Positions 63,843 to 64,000 of a stretch of DNA of 64,000 bases are shown here, piece after piece (the stretch's first letter is position 1; every line of letters begins with the position of its first letter). Under the pieces are notes generated by a model. The model was not told where the DNA came from. It did no database searches and saw only the letters and a list, made by a program, of their open reading frames with translations. The translations under genes were made by a program, and so were the position numbers. The stretch covers positions 32,777-96,776 of the forward strand of contig JBDTZG010000018.1 of NCBI GenBank assembly GCA_040005235.1, read 5' to 3'. This stretch comes from Acidobacteriota bacterium. Lineage in GTDB: Bacteria > Acidobacteriota > Thermoanaerobaculia > Multivoradales > UBA5704.

Positions 63843-64000
63843 TAAGCTGTCTCCTGAAAAATCTTGCGGGAGAGATCCCGCACTTGGATTTGGAACTGCA
63901 GGTGAAGGATGGGGACAGGTGGAGGGCTCCAGAGTCGGAGCGCTCACCTAGCAGCCCGTGGCAGAAGGGCCGTTTTCCTGAGGTTCAGGTCCACTGAGCC

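Noticed and set aside
63006-63845. 279-aa ORF as an intact fusion protein
   Set aside because: Only 63105-63358 resembles a known family; the remainder is antisense to the DUF4214-like gene.

Overview
High-GC (about two-thirds G+C by eye) bacterial chromosomal window. Gene style is compatible with Acidobacteriota/Thermoanaerobaculia, but this is inference only. Housekeeping genes: lspA, nadE, gluQ, rimO, ribF, trxA, and M1 and M24 peptidases. Accessory modules: (i) a low-GC three-gene island of a TPR-CHAT protease, an orphan Cys-rich protein and a secreted DUF6345-like His/Cys protein, preceded by two head-to-head arrays of a degenerate 21-bp repeat; (ii) a giant MnxG-like multicopper oxidase operon with a beta-propeller protein, two SCO proteins and a cytochrome c/substrate-binding fusion, converging on a two-component pair; (iii) a sulfite reductase-APS reductase-siroheme operon with a palindromic operator; (iv) a mevalonate operon with isopentenyl phosphate kinase but no phosphomevalonate kinase, ending in a squalene synthase-like gene and interrupted by a REPIN-like element; (v) a cluster of decayed toxin-antitoxin loci at the right end. 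Several secreted metalloproteases and glycosidases with repeated accessory domains are also present. No rRNA, tRNA or CRISPR array was seen. All family calls come from motif recognition by eye; no searches were run.
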